From Candidatus Latescibacterota bacterium (GTDB lineage Bacteria; Latescibacterota; UBA2968; UBA8231), in contig CBDCXV010000011.1 in NCBI GenBank assembly GCA_965223905.1, forward strand, positions 1,920,001 to 1,984,000: a stretch of DNA of 64,000 nt, written 5' to 3'. Below the pieces are notes generated by a model. The model was not told the origin of the DNA and searched no databases. It worked only from the letters and a program-made list of their open reading frames with translations. Position numbers and translations under genes: made by a program. How positions within the stretch are numbered: position 1 is the stretch's first letter; the number at the start of each line of letters is the position of its first letter. Shown piece by piece: positions 11,101 to 20,036 of this stretch.

Positions 11101-12554
11101 AGCTCGTCCTTGAGGACCGGGCCGAAGTCCTCCAGGTCGGAGAGCAGCCGGGGATCGTTGAAGCCGCTGGTGAGAATCTCGTTGAGGAAGGCGCTCTGCC
11201 GGGCCAGGTTGTCGAAGTCGACCGACTGCGGCCGGTCCAGGGGCGTGTCGACGGCGAAGCGGGCATCGCCGATGGTGACGAACGACAGGGCCACGAGTCC
11301 CGCCCCCATCGCCACCTGCCCGTCGACGGTGACACCGCCCGGCACGTAAGTCGACCAGTCGAGGCCCTTGATCGGGCTGATGCCGTTGACGAGGGCGCGC
11401 TCCGCCACCCGCCCCAGGCGCGGCGCCGCGGCCTCGGCGTAGGCGGTAAAGGCGCGACCGAAGGGGACGTAGAACCGCTTGATGTCGTAACGGTTGGTGT
11501 TGTTCCAGATGCCGAGCTGGTCGCCGCCGCTGCTAAGATCCAGGCTGATGAAGAGGTCCGGGTGCAGCGGTTTCTCCATCAGTGCGGCGTATTTCTCATG
11601 GGTGCGGGCGTGGCGGTCGAGGAAGTCGACGATCCCCCGCTGGGCGAGGAAGTGGGCGCTGGTGGCCACCAGCACCACGGTGCGCGCCGGCGGATGGCGC
11701 TGCAGGTGCCGGGCAAGCTCCAGCAGCGCGGCGATGCTGCCGGCGGTTTCCGCCGAGGGCGCGCGTGCCGGCACGACCGAGATGCCGTCGTAATAGGCCT
11801 GAACGACGATGGTTTCGTTCTCGAGCTCGGGGTCGTTGCCGGGGACCACGCCCCAGACGTTGCGGCCCGTTCGCGAGACCCAGTCCATGCGGCTCTTCAG
11901 GCGCGCCTCGAGCTGTCCGTCACCCACCAACGCCCTGAGGCGGGTGCCGTCGTCGGCATCAATCCAGAACCTGGGTATGTCGAGGGGTACGGAAACGAAC
12001 TTCGTGTTCGCCTCGCGCCAGGAGGTGGCCTCCGGCTCGATGAAGACGATGGCCCGGGCGCCGAGCGAGGCGACCTCCAGCCAGCGGTTTCCGGTGTTGA
12101 ACTCGAGCAGCACGATGCTGCCGGTCAACTCCTTGCCGTTGTATTCGGCCAGATGCCCCTGGCCACCGTAGATGAGGGGAGCGGAGATCCCGGGAGCTTG
12201 TACGGTGGGGGTACGCACATGGTTGGGCCACAGTCCGTCGAGGCGAAAGCGCTCTTCAGTCGCGGTGAGGGAGAGCTCGCCGCCGCGGTCCAGCGGCACC
12301 GTGAGTGGGTACTCCTCGCGGGTGACCTCCTGGACGCCGGCGGCCGCCAAGGCGTCCGCCACGTAGTCGGCGGCACGGTCGCTGCCAGGGTAACCGCTGA
12401 TCCGCGAGCCGACGGAGGCCATGAACTCCACCGTGGCGCGGATGCCCTCGACGTCCGCCCGGGCGGCAGTGCACAGCAACGGCAGCGCCGTCAGCCAGGC
12501 GATGCGAGCCAGGAGGCCGGGCACTGAGATGGGGGGAATGGAGAGGGAGAACAT
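8118..12554 (-). CDS. Large fusion: PA/M28-peptidase-like periplasmic domain plus FtsX-like permease
   Basis: Signal peptide, SR..GYPG...AA.Y and AALLELAR M28-like segments; RRKLRT.LT and ER.REIG....GL.P FtsX motifs; two TM clusters. Confidence 0.75.
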   Translation of the reverse strand: MFSLSIPPISVPGLLARIAWLTALPLLCTAARADVEGIRATVEFMASVGSRISGYPGSDRAADYVADALAAAGVQEVTREEYPLTVPLDRGGELSLTATEERFRLDGLWPNHVRTPTVQAPGISAPLIYGGQGHLAEYNGKELTGSIVLLEFNTGNRWLEVASLGARAIVFIEPEATSWREANTKFVSVPLDIPRFWIDADDGTRLRALVGDGQLEARLKSRMDWVSRTGRNVWGVVPGNDPELENETIVVQAYYDGISVVPARAPSAETAGSIAALLELARHLQRHPPARTVVLVATSAHFLAQRGIVDFLDRHARTHEKYAALMEKPLHPDLFISLDLSSGGDQLGIWNNTNRYDIKRFYVPFGRAFTAYAEAAAPRLGRVAERALVNGISPIKGLDWSTYVPGGVTVDGQVAMGAGLVALSFVTIGDARFAVDTPLDRPQSVDFDNLARQSAFLNEILTSGFNDPRLLSDLEDFGPVLKDELRTLMVDVRAFPRRSQVPDRVIEGAIVALGAGAARLEAGLGHKPHKGVRAFHFQLTDESGGAVIPGLPLGAVPVSAYVVDPQTGDILYGPDNSARAQKVQGKMAQAIRFASAHKTLVLFPCTSRPFFGLIDPRALTAVKDIRIQTHAGVAPKEYGLAKGVGILEPVALAFAAADDSLVYLMSDSMILTNSRSEARGTGYVVGRDPLERTEYLAVQDMWRLNDERLATMREHAIDNPRLAELHAYGRELIDRATAAADRKEWDAFMANVRAARGITSRAYPDVMATLNDVIKGLVFFLALVLPAAFFGERLVFAASDIRWQLSGFALILAILWALISQVHPAFAIAHPAVILLAFAVMAMAAFVFAMIHSRFNNYLQEFQARASRIPRADINRASASYAAFMLGISNMRRRKLRTILTLVTLTLLTFTVLSFTSFRQQLAFLAFPTVHEARYEGTLIRDRGWKELSLPTLNYARSHFAPHGVVSPRNWLVSEAEGMKSYIEIRGKAGTTLAGGLLGLSPQETQVTGIDETLVAGSFFERDDESTCLLPEKMAAAAGVGVGDVGRATVRVFGKDLVVRGIFDARELAAIRDLDAEPLTPADFQSADIRTLGGRTQVSMEVEEEGPPDQIKPFVHVPADNVLIMPYGTVWVAGGTLRSIGVRFDEDVDGRPLLEDFLTRVAVTLFAAIRDPDTGEVEVSSFTSVGLTAIEGLGALLVPMLIAALIVLNTMLGAVYERWREIGVYSSVGLAPMHIALLFVAEACVYAVVGVTLGYILGQGMGKLLLSAGLIQGMDLNYSSTAAISAALMVMAVVLLSTLYPARVAASIAVPDTVRRWVPPAPDGDRWEFDFPFTVGAPEVRGLSGFLAGYFESYNEDSVGHFYAEKVRLITGAEGAGAGEYSLQMLTWLAPFDMGVSQYLQLDFTPSPVASIYRVEVFIERVSGETASWRRLNPRFMNTLRKQFLLWHTFTEEAKAHHRQAAEGMLAESASAADVGEG

Positions 12555-12593
12555 CGGCCCGGCTGGCAGGCGACGCCGGCGCTGCACAGCCGC

Positions 12594-14300
12594 TCAGCTG
12601 CTATCCTGTTGTACGAAGGCTCTCATGTTCTCTTCGTGGACCTTGACCTCGTGCTCGTACTGTTGCCGCAATTTGCCCAGGAACCGGAAGAAGGCCGCAT
12701 CGCGCTTCCGGCGCAGGACCAGGGCCCGGGCTCGAGTCGCGACCTCGGCGAAGGGCTTGGGGCTGGCTCCGAGGTTCGACTCAACGACCCTGAACACGGA
12801 ATGGAAGCGGTCTTCTGACGCCGCACCGGCGGGGGGCACGAAGTGGCGGTCCGGCACCTCCACTTCGATGGGACCCAACAGGTCGCCCGGCGCGGCTCCC
12901 CGTGCGGCTTCGAACAGGGCCTCGTGCGCTTCTCTCTGGTACCCATGGAGGTGGAATCTCCCGCTGTCTGGCATGGCCAGGTGCCGCAGGGTGTGCTCCT
13001 GTGCCAGGACCCGAAGATCCTCACCGCGCTCAATCCGGTCGCGGAGCGCTACCGCTTCTTCGCGTGTCGCGACCAGGATTTCGTCCAGCGTCAGATTCTC
13101 GTGGGGGACGAACAGCCGCGGATTCTCGTCATAGAAGCGCCGAGCCTCGGCGTCGTCCACCGGGACGTCGTGGGTCACCTTCTTCCTGATGACCGCCAGC
13201 AGGCGTTCCTCTTCTCTGGCCTGGCGCCAGGCGACCATCTTCGACTCGCGGTCGATTCCGGCATTGCGAGCGGCCTGCACGACCAGCGCGCGGGGAACCA
13301 GGACGGACTCCGCAAACCACCGCAACTGCCCTCGCACATCTCCCGAAAATTCCCGGTAGTTCTCCCGGGCCGAGTCGACGAACTCCCCCACCGTGATGGT
13401 GCCGCCGTCGAACTCGTAGAGCACCGAGCCGCGCTCCACCTCGGAGAACGAGTCTCCCTCACTCTCCAGACGCGTGGCGAGAAGCTCGAAACCGTCTTCT
13501 CGGGGACGCGCGTCCAGAGCATCCCGCAGTTCCCGGCCGAGCTCCATGGACCGAACGCGGGCCTGCTCCCGGTGGAGCTCGGCTTCCACCAGACGCCGCA
13601 CCCGTTCGAGGGGAAGAGGAACCTCGTCCACGACCTGGAACACGCCGTAGGAGCGGCCCGGCAGGGGTATGGGTTCGGAGATCTGACCCTTCTCGAGCGG
13701 ATAGACCTTTTCCTGCATGATGGGCAGGGGCATCTGGTCCTTGGTGACGTACCCGGTGTACAGGCCGCCCTGCGCCGCCGTCGGACGGTGGATCGAGCGC
13801 TGCCGCGCCAACTCCCCGAATTCGGCGCCGCCCTCCAACAGGCGCACGATCTCCTCGGCCTCTTCCCTGCTCTCGACGTCGATCCTGCCACACCTGACCG
13901 CGCGGTTTCGTCCGGTCTTCAGGTAGTGGTCGTGGATTTCCTGCTCTTCGAGCGTGATCTTCGCGTCCACTTCCCGGGAAATGAACCCCTGCACCAGCCG
14001 TTTGGTCCATTCGCGCTCCAGCTTGCGGCGCATGTCGTGGTCGCGGTCCCATCCCCGCGCTGACGCTTCCCGAATGAGGATCTCCTTGTCGATCAGGGCC
14101 TGCAGATGCTGCCGTCGGCCTGCGATGCCCGCCTCCCTGGACCTCAGGCTTTCGGCCAGGCGCTCCTCGAAGCGGCGCAGCTCGGATGCGTGGATGCGGG
14201 AGTCTCCCACCTCGGCCAGCACCGGGCCATGGGCATCTTCCCCACAACACGACAGGACCGCCCCCACAGCCAGGACCAGCACCGATGTGGCAGGTCCCAT
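12594..14300 (-). CDS. PpiC/parvulin-type peptidyl-prolyl isomerase lipoprotein (PrsA/SurA-like, two PPIase modules)
   Basis: Lipobox-like VLSC; two 'I.V.(S/T)REEA.....L..G.(F/L)..LA...S' modules. TGATG overlap with the upstream gene. Confidence 0.8.
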   Translation of the reverse strand: MGPATSVLVLAVGAVLSCCGEDAHGPVLAEVGDSRIHASELRRFEERLAESLRSREAGIAGRRQHLQALIDKEILIREASARGWDRDHDMRRKLEREWTKRLVQGFISREVDAKITLEEQEIHDHYLKTGRNRAVRCGRIDVESREEAEEIVRLLEGGAEFGELARQRSIHRPTAAQGGLYTGYVTKDQMPLPIMQEKVYPLEKGQISEPIPLPGRSYGVFQVVDEVPLPLERVRRLVEAELHREQARVRSMELGRELRDALDARPREDGFELLATRLESEGDSFSEVERGSVLYEFDGGTITVGEFVDSARENYREFSGDVRGQLRWFAESVLVPRALVVQAARNAGIDRESKMVAWRQAREEERLLAVIRKKVTHDVPVDDAEARRFYDENPRLFVPHENLTLDEILVATREEAVALRDRIERGEDLRVLAQEHTLRHLAMPDSGRFHLHGYQREAHEALFEAARGAAPGDLLGPIEVEVPDRHFVPPAGAASEDRFHSVFRVVESNLGASPKPFAEVATRARALVLRRKRDAAFFRFLGKLRQQYEHEVKVHEENMRAFVQQDSS

Positions 14301-17206
14301 CACTCTCGCAATCCGCCGTATACGGTGAAATAGGACAGACCGCTGGTCTCCGAACGGTCTTTGTCGGCGAAGGTGTCGATCTTCCGCCTGTCCACACGAA
14401 TCCCCATGGTGGCCATCAGTCTGTATCCCAGGTAAGTGCTCGCATTGGCCAGCTGCAGGGCGAGGGACAGCTCATTGAAGTCCCCCGTGGGATCGCCCGG
14501 ATTCAGGCCCGCTACGGGATCCTCATCGAAGGCCACCTCCCGCTGGGCGAAGTCGCGGAAGATGACCTGCTCCAGGCCGACGATCACCGTGCTGTGGCTC
14601 AGCACCGGGATGTCCAGCCGCAGGGAGGCCATGCCGGCCCACTCCTTGCGCTCGAATACCCGGTCGTTCAGGAGCCACTCCGTGTTGAACGGCGTATCGT
14701 CCAGGAACAGCTCCTGCTTTACGCGCGGAAGGAGTTGGATTCCGTTGCCCACCGTATAAAGCCCACCCAGCTTGTTGATCACACCGAGCCGCCGGGTGTG
14801 CTTCGAGATCTTCCGGCCCGTCCGGTCCACGGTGTGCTTCTGCCGCTGCCGCAGCACCTCATGGATCAGCCTGTTCCCGGAGTTGATGCCGGCACTGCCC
14901 GGGCGCTCGAAGGCCAACGACAGCTTGTTGACCCAGGTATCCGGCATGCCCAGCGGATCCGGGATCGGGGTCATGCCCGCGTCCTGGAATCTTCCGTGCA
15001 GCCATTGGAAGAGGTCGTCCGCGATGCCGTCCTCGACCCGCTTCAACATGTTGTAGACCGTCAGCTCGCCCACGCCGGGATAGCTGCGCTCGAACGCGAA
15101 GAGGGCATAGCTGCTCACGTTGGTCTCGCCGGTCGAGGGACGGCGCACCCGCTGGTGGCCCGCGGTGACCTTGGCGCCCGGCATGATCCGCGCACCGCCG
15201 TACACGTTGTAGCCGCGGCGGTCACGCTTGTACGGGTAGTCGGGTTCGTTGTCGTTCTCGAAACGGTCCCCCCAGCCGTTGTTGTTCATGTCGATGCCGA
15301 AGAGATACTCGGGCCGGTCCACGCTGTAGCGCAGGAAGGGCTCGGCGTAGTCGGGCACACTGTTGGGCCGCACCCGGGTGTTGTTCTGGTTGAAATCGGA
15401 GATGAAATCGTTGTTCTCGTCGAGGCCGGGAAAAACCGCCTCGTCCGCGTACCCCTCGGACCCGCGCCGGATGCCGGTGCCGCGTTCCTCTTCCGTGCGG
15501 CCGTCGCCGAATAAGCGCTGCTGGTCGTTCTTGCGGTCGTTGTCGTCGTTGTCGTCGACAAAGTCGTAGAGGTAGCCGGAATTGGCCAGAGGCGTCTCCG
15601 CGTAGTTGACCCGGCCCGCCGAGTCCAGGAACCGCATGCTGGTCGAGTATTCGGCGTCCATGCTGAACGCCTCGCCGAAGACGTAGTACGGATGGAAATC
15701 CCTGGCCACGTTGACCATCCACGCTTCGGCGGAGGGATTTCCCCGAATACCCGACGAGGTGGTGTGGGTGGTCCGGCTCACGTCGGGGTACTTGCGGTAC
15801 TGGTGGTTCACGTTGAACTCGCCGTAGAGCCTGAACCCGGCCAGATCGTCGGCCTCCACCGTAAAGCCGAGGACCTGGGTGGCGGTGGGCAGTCCATAGT
15901 CGAACACCACGGCGCCCAGGTTGGAATGGTCCTTCACATTCCCCTCAGCCCGCACCATGGTCCTGAACACCGGGAGCGGTTCGAAGCGGGCGTTGTCGGT
16001 CTGCTGGTCGGAAGTGACTTCGACCATGTAGTCGTTGCTCAGGACCATCCGGAACCGGACCTTGCTGATGTTGTTGACCACATCGGCCAGGGGCACCGCC
16101 GTTTCCAGATCGTCGAGGACCGCCGGGTCCGGATCCGCCAGGACGTAGTCCAGTCGGATCCGCCCCAGGTCGCCATCGCCTTCGGCTGTCAGGAAGCCAT
16201 CCCGGGGGACGCCTCCCGAAATCCTCGGATAGAAGCCGATCCGGCTGCCCACCAGCACCGTGTCCCGCTCTCCTACCCGGGTCGTGATCTCGATCTCGTG
16301 GGCGAAGAGGGCGGGACCTCCCTCGCCGTCTTCCGGGGAATCGTCGGTGATCCGCACGGTGATCCGGTTGATGCGCGCGCCCGATTGGTGGGAGCTCAGC
16401 CTTCCGGTGAATGGACTCCCGTCGAAGGGCTCGGTCGAGCTCCGCGCGTTGTGCGCGTTCACGAAGGTTCCGCCGATGCGCACGAAGTCGGCCACGTTCC
16501 CGACGGCCCGGAGACCGACGAGATTGGTCAACTCGTCGATGAAACTGCGCCCCGGCTGGACCAGAGGGACACTGATTCTGGACATGAGGGCAGTGGCCGA
16601 GCCGCGATCCGACATATAGTCGAATTGGACCCCGTTGAAGGCCGTCTTCCGCAAGGTCATGGGCGTCAGGGTCGTTCTGATCTCGTCGCCGATGCTCACC
16701 CGGAAATGGTGCTGCCCCTTGGCGTCCGAAGAGACCACGAGGGAGCCGAGCAGGTCTTTGTACCGTTCGGTCTTGTGGAGCAGGTTCCCGTCAGACGTCC
16801 GGGGCCGGCTCTGCCGCCAGTCGCTGACCAGCCAACCTCGGATCAGGAGCCTGCCGTAGAGATCGTAGTGGTAGTCGCCCTCCTGATTGGTGGCCAGGTA
16901 ACGCCAGTAGCGCTCGCGGGCGTAGTTGGTCCCGTCCCACCGCCAGCGGTATTGGTTGGCGGCCTCCTGGGGCAGGTACCATTTCTTGAGGGATGGAACG
17001 AAGGCGTCCGGGCGCAGGCTGGGAGCCGCCGGGTAGTAGATCGCCCGGCCGCTCTCGCGGATTCCGAGGCGATTCCCGTAGTCCGACTGGGGCGCGCCGG
17101 GCTCGACGCCCAGCGTCACTGCGAGCCCGACGAGGATGAGGAGGATTCGGGACCGGCAGGCGGGCTGTCCGGACCGCACGGTGCGCGCTTCGGGGGGCTC
17201 GTCCAT
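14300..17206 (-). CDS. Large exported hypothetical protein with Asp/Asn-rich Ca-binding-like loops, paralogue A
   Basis: Hydrophobic N-terminal segment; DDNDDNDR, DENNDFISDFNQN and DMNNNGWGDRFEND motifs; amphipathic beta-strand-like C-terminus. TGATG overlap with the upstream gene. Confidence 0.8.
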   Translation of the reverse strand: MDEPPEARTVRSGQPACRSRILLILVGLAVTLGVEPGAPQSDYGNRLGIRESGRAIYYPAAPSLRPDAFVPSLKKWYLPQEAANQYRWRWDGTNYARERYWRYLATNQEGDYHYDLYGRLLIRGWLVSDWRQSRPRTSDGNLLHKTERYKDLLGSLVVSSDAKGQHHFRVSIGDEIRTTLTPMTLRKTAFNGVQFDYMSDRGSATALMSRISVPLVQPGRSFIDELTNLVGLRAVGNVADFVRIGGTFVNAHNARSSTEPFDGSPFTGRLSSHQSGARINRITVRITDDSPEDGEGGPALFAHEIEITTRVGERDTVLVGSRIGFYPRISGGVPRDGFLTAEGDGDLGRIRLDYVLADPDPAVLDDLETAVPLADVVNNISKVRFRMVLSNDYMVEVTSDQQTDNARFEPLPVFRTMVRAEGNVKDHSNLGAVVFDYGLPTATQVLGFTVEADDLAGFRLYGEFNVNHQYRKYPDVSRTTHTTSSGIRGNPSAEAWMVNVARDFHPYYVFGEAFSMDAEYSTSMRFLDSAGRVNYAETPLANSGYLYDFVDDNDDNDRKNDQQRLFGDGRTEEERGTGIRRGSEGYADEAVFPGLDENNDFISDFNQNNTRVRPNSVPDYAEPFLRYSVDRPEYLFGIDMNNNGWGDRFENDNEPDYPYKRDRRGYNVYGGARIMPGAKVTAGHQRVRRPSTGETNVSSYALFAFERSYPGVGELTVYNMLKRVEDGIADDLFQWLHGRFQDAGMTPIPDPLGMPDTWVNKLSLAFERPGSAGINSGNRLIHEVLRQRQKHTVDRTGRKISKHTRRLGVINKLGGLYTVGNGIQLLPRVKQELFLDDTPFNTEWLLNDRVFERKEWAGMASLRLDIPVLSHSTVIVGLEQVIFRDFAQREVAFDEDPVAGLNPGDPTGDFNELSLALQLANASTYLGYRLMATMGIRVDRRKIDTFADKDRSETSGLSYFTVYGGLRE

Positions 17207-20001
17207 CACAGTCCGGCATATACGGTTATGAATGTGGTGCTCAATTCGCGGCCCCGGTCCTCCTTCACCGACTCTCCCAGGTCACCGGCGGCGATGAACT
17301 CGTCCCGGACACGGGTGTACATGATGCCGAACTGGGTGGTCAGGACGTAACCCAGGTATTGCCGGACGTTGGACCACTGGGCGGCCAGCACCAGGCTGCG
17401 GGAATCACCCGTGGCCCCCACCCGGTTGGCGGCGAGGGCCTCCTTCTCGTCCAGCGTCAGATCCGCAACCCGGCGGTATTCCAGCCCGGCTTCGATAGAC
17501 GACGAGCTCAACATGGGATGCCGCAGCAGCAGGATGCCTGTTCCCGTCCACTCCTGACGCTCGTCGCCGCCCAGGATGAACGGCGTCTGGTTCAGGTACT
17601 CGCTCTTGATCTTGGGTTGGACCTCCAGGCCGCCGACGCGGCAGGTGAAATCCGCTTGGTTGATGAGCCCGAAGAAGTTGGTGCGATCCTCGAGTACGGG
17701 ACCGACGCCCCGCTCGTAGGCATCTCCCTGCTGGGCATACAGGTCGTACTTGATCTTGGTCTGCGTCTGAACCTCGCCGACCGGGCGATCCAGCTCCAGG
17801 TAGGCCGAGTTCACCCAGGTGTCGCGGGCCGGGAGCAGGTCCTCGATGTTGGCCAGGTTGGCGGTGGCGAGACCGACGTAAGGAGTCATCTCCCGGCGGT
17901 CGTCGGGTATGGTGTCCCGGGTCCGCTTGAGCATGTCGTAGACCCGAACCGCGCCGAACCGGGAATCGTCGTGCGTGAAGGTGACCAGCCCGTAGGTCGT
18001 GTGGTTCTTCCGATCGGAAGACAACGAGCGGACCCGCATGCGCCCCAGCGTGGCCCTGACGCCGGGCGTCACGAAAGCGCCACCGTATACGTTGTACCCC
18101 CGCTGGTCCGTCCTGTAGGGGTAGTCGGCCAGATCGTCGTTCTCGAAGCGGTCGACCCAGTTGTTGTTGTTCAGGTCGATGCCGAAGAGGAACTCGGGCC
18201 GGTCCGCATGGTAGCGGAAGAAGGGCTCCTCGTAGTCGGGGATGCGATTCGACAGAATGAGGTTGTCGTTCTGGTTGAAGTCCGACACGAAGTCGTTGTT
18301 CTCGTCCCATCCGGGGAACACGTTGGCATCACCGGAGCCTTGCTGCCACCGGGTCCAGTCGGGGAACCGGTCCTGGTCGTCATTGTCCTCGACGAACTCG
18401 TAGAGGTGCCGGGTCGAATGGTCGTAGAGGACGTCCCCTTCGCCGTCTACGAGGTACGCCGTGGTGGAGTAGTCGGGATCCAGGCTGAAGGCCTCTCCGA
18501 AGGCGAAGAACGGATAGGCCACCTTCGACACATTGACCATCAATGCCTCTGCCTCCCTGGAATGGCTGGACAGGGCGCGGTCTGCCTGGGCCAGGCTGGG
18601 GTTGGGGAACTGGTGGTAGGACCGGCTGATGGCCAGTTCGGCGTAGGCATCAAAACCCATCACATCCTTGACGTCCATGGTGAATCCATAGACCATGTTC
18701 GCCGTGGGCAGGCCGTATTCGAAGACGAGCCGGGTCTGGTTCGAGTTGTCCGACACATTGCCCTCCGCCCGGGCCACTTCGAAGAGCGCCGGCGCGAGCT
18801 CGTCGATATCTTCGCCGCTGAGCGGCAGGTTGGGCGTGGGGCGCAATCCGGTCTGACGGTCTGACCAGACCTGGATGCGGTAGTCGTTGGCCACCACCAG
18901 GTCGAAGGTGATCTCCGTGATCGTGCTCGGACGCGGCCCGGTGTAGGAGATGTCGGTGAGGTCGTAACTGATGACGATCTTTTCTTCCCCGTCCGCGCTC
19001 TGGAAACCCTCGTGGTGGAATCCGCCGCTGACCACGGGCCACCTGGCCGGATCGGTCACCATCGCCCGCTGGCGGATCTCCTCCCGCCTCCCGGTGGCCG
19101 GATCCTCCGTGGTTATGATGATCTCGTGCGAGAACAGGGCCGCGCCGGCCACGCCGTCCTCCGGTGAATCGTCGCTCAGAACAAGGGCCAGGCCGCGAAC
19201 CGGGACCGCCCCCTGGTTGGCAGCCAGCGCTCCTTTGAGCGGGTTCCGCTCGAAAGCGTCCTCGAAGGTCTGGGAGTTGTGGGCGTTGACCAGAGTCGCT
19301 CCCACTTCCACGAAGTCCCCGACCTCGGCGACGACCCGCCCCCCCATCAGGTTGGTGGCATTGGTCACCGTCGTGGGCACCTTCAAGGACGTGGTACCTG
19401 CGACCGGAGAGCTGATCCGCGAGAACAGGAGCGTGCCGCGGTACTCGTCCGTGGCGAAGTCCATCTGTATGCCGTTGAAGATGGGCTTCGAGAAGGTGAG
19501 CGGCGTCAACGCCGTTCGGATCTGATTCCCGGCCGTTATGGCATAGTGAAACTGGCCTTTGGAATCCGAGCTCACCAAAACTCTGCTGAACCAGCCGGCG
19601 AACCTGGGATCCTTGTAGAGCGAGGAACCGAACTGCCCGGGCTGGCTCTGGTTCCAGTCCCAGATCAGCCACCCCCGGGTCAGGTAGTTGCCGTAGAGAT
19701 CGTAGAAGGGGTCGCCCTCGCGGTCGGTGCCCACGTAGCGCTGGTACTGTGAGCGGGCATAGTTGGAATACTCCCACTGCTGCCAGCCGTACAGCTCGTA
19801 AAGCTCCTGTGGCACGTACCATTTCTTGAGGGCCGGATCCAGGGCGTCGAAGATGACCCCGGGGCCCCTGGGTTCATAGGTTATCTCCCCCCCTCGCCGC
19901 TCTCCGAGACCCCGGTCGGACTGACCGAACACATCGGATGCCTGCATCGTGGCGATGAGCACGAACACGCTCAGCACTCCCGCCGCCTTGCCGGTCAACA
20001 T
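17206..20001 (-). CDS. Large exported hypothetical protein, paralogue B of 14300-17206
   Basis: Collinear shared motifs: KKWY.PQE, NYAR..Y.RY, SSD.KGQ, DDSPEDG, GLPTA, FGEAFS.D, DRFEND..DYPY, TVY.GL. ATG 20001 begins a signal-peptide-like segment. Confidence 0.8.
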   Translation of the reverse strand: MLTGKAAGVLSVFVLIATMQASDVFGQSDRGLGERRGGEITYEPRGPGVIFDALDPALKKWYVPQELYELYGWQQWEYSNYARSQYQRYVGTDREGDPFYDLYGNYLTRGWLIWDWNQSQPGQFGSSLYKDPRFAGWFSRVLVSSDSKGQFHYAITAGNQIRTALTPLTFSKPIFNGIQMDFATDEYRGTLLFSRISSPVAGTTSLKVPTTVTNATNLMGGRVVAEVGDFVEVGATLVNAHNSQTFEDAFERNPLKGALAANQGAVPVRGLALVLSDDSPEDGVAGAALFSHEIIITTEDPATGRREEIRQRAMVTDPARWPVVSGGFHHEGFQSADGEEKIVISYDLTDISYTGPRPSTITEITFDLVVANDYRIQVWSDRQTGLRPTPNLPLSGEDIDELAPALFEVARAEGNVSDNSNQTRLVFEYGLPTANMVYGFTMDVKDVMGFDAYAELAISRSYHQFPNPSLAQADRALSSHSREAEALMVNVSKVAYPFFAFGEAFSLDPDYSTTAYLVDGEGDVLYDHSTRHLYEFVEDNDDQDRFPDWTRWQQGSGDANVFPGWDENNDFVSDFNQNDNLILSNRIPDYEEPFFRYHADRPEFLFGIDLNNNNWVDRFENDDLADYPYRTDQRGYNVYGGAFVTPGVRATLGRMRVRSLSSDRKNHTTYGLVTFTHDDSRFGAVRVYDMLKRTRDTIPDDRREMTPYVGLATANLANIEDLLPARDTWVNSAYLELDRPVGEVQTQTKIKYDLYAQQGDAYERGVGPVLEDRTNFFGLINQADFTCRVGGLEVQPKIKSEYLNQTPFILGGDERQEWTGTGILLLRHPMLSSSSIEAGLEYRRVADLTLDEKEALAANRVGATGDSRSLVLAAQWSNVRQYLGYVLTTQFGIMYTRVRDEFIAAGDLGESVKEDRGRELSTTFITVYAGL

Positions 20002-20036
20002 CGGGGCCCTCTCTCTGTGAAATCGCCGTATCAAAT

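Noticed and set aside
7929-12527. Very long antisense ORFs (e.g. 1532 aa here; also 24229-26811, 34857-37118, 46028-48016)
   Set aside because: Shadow frames of high-GC genes on the opposite strand, with no recognisable motifs.
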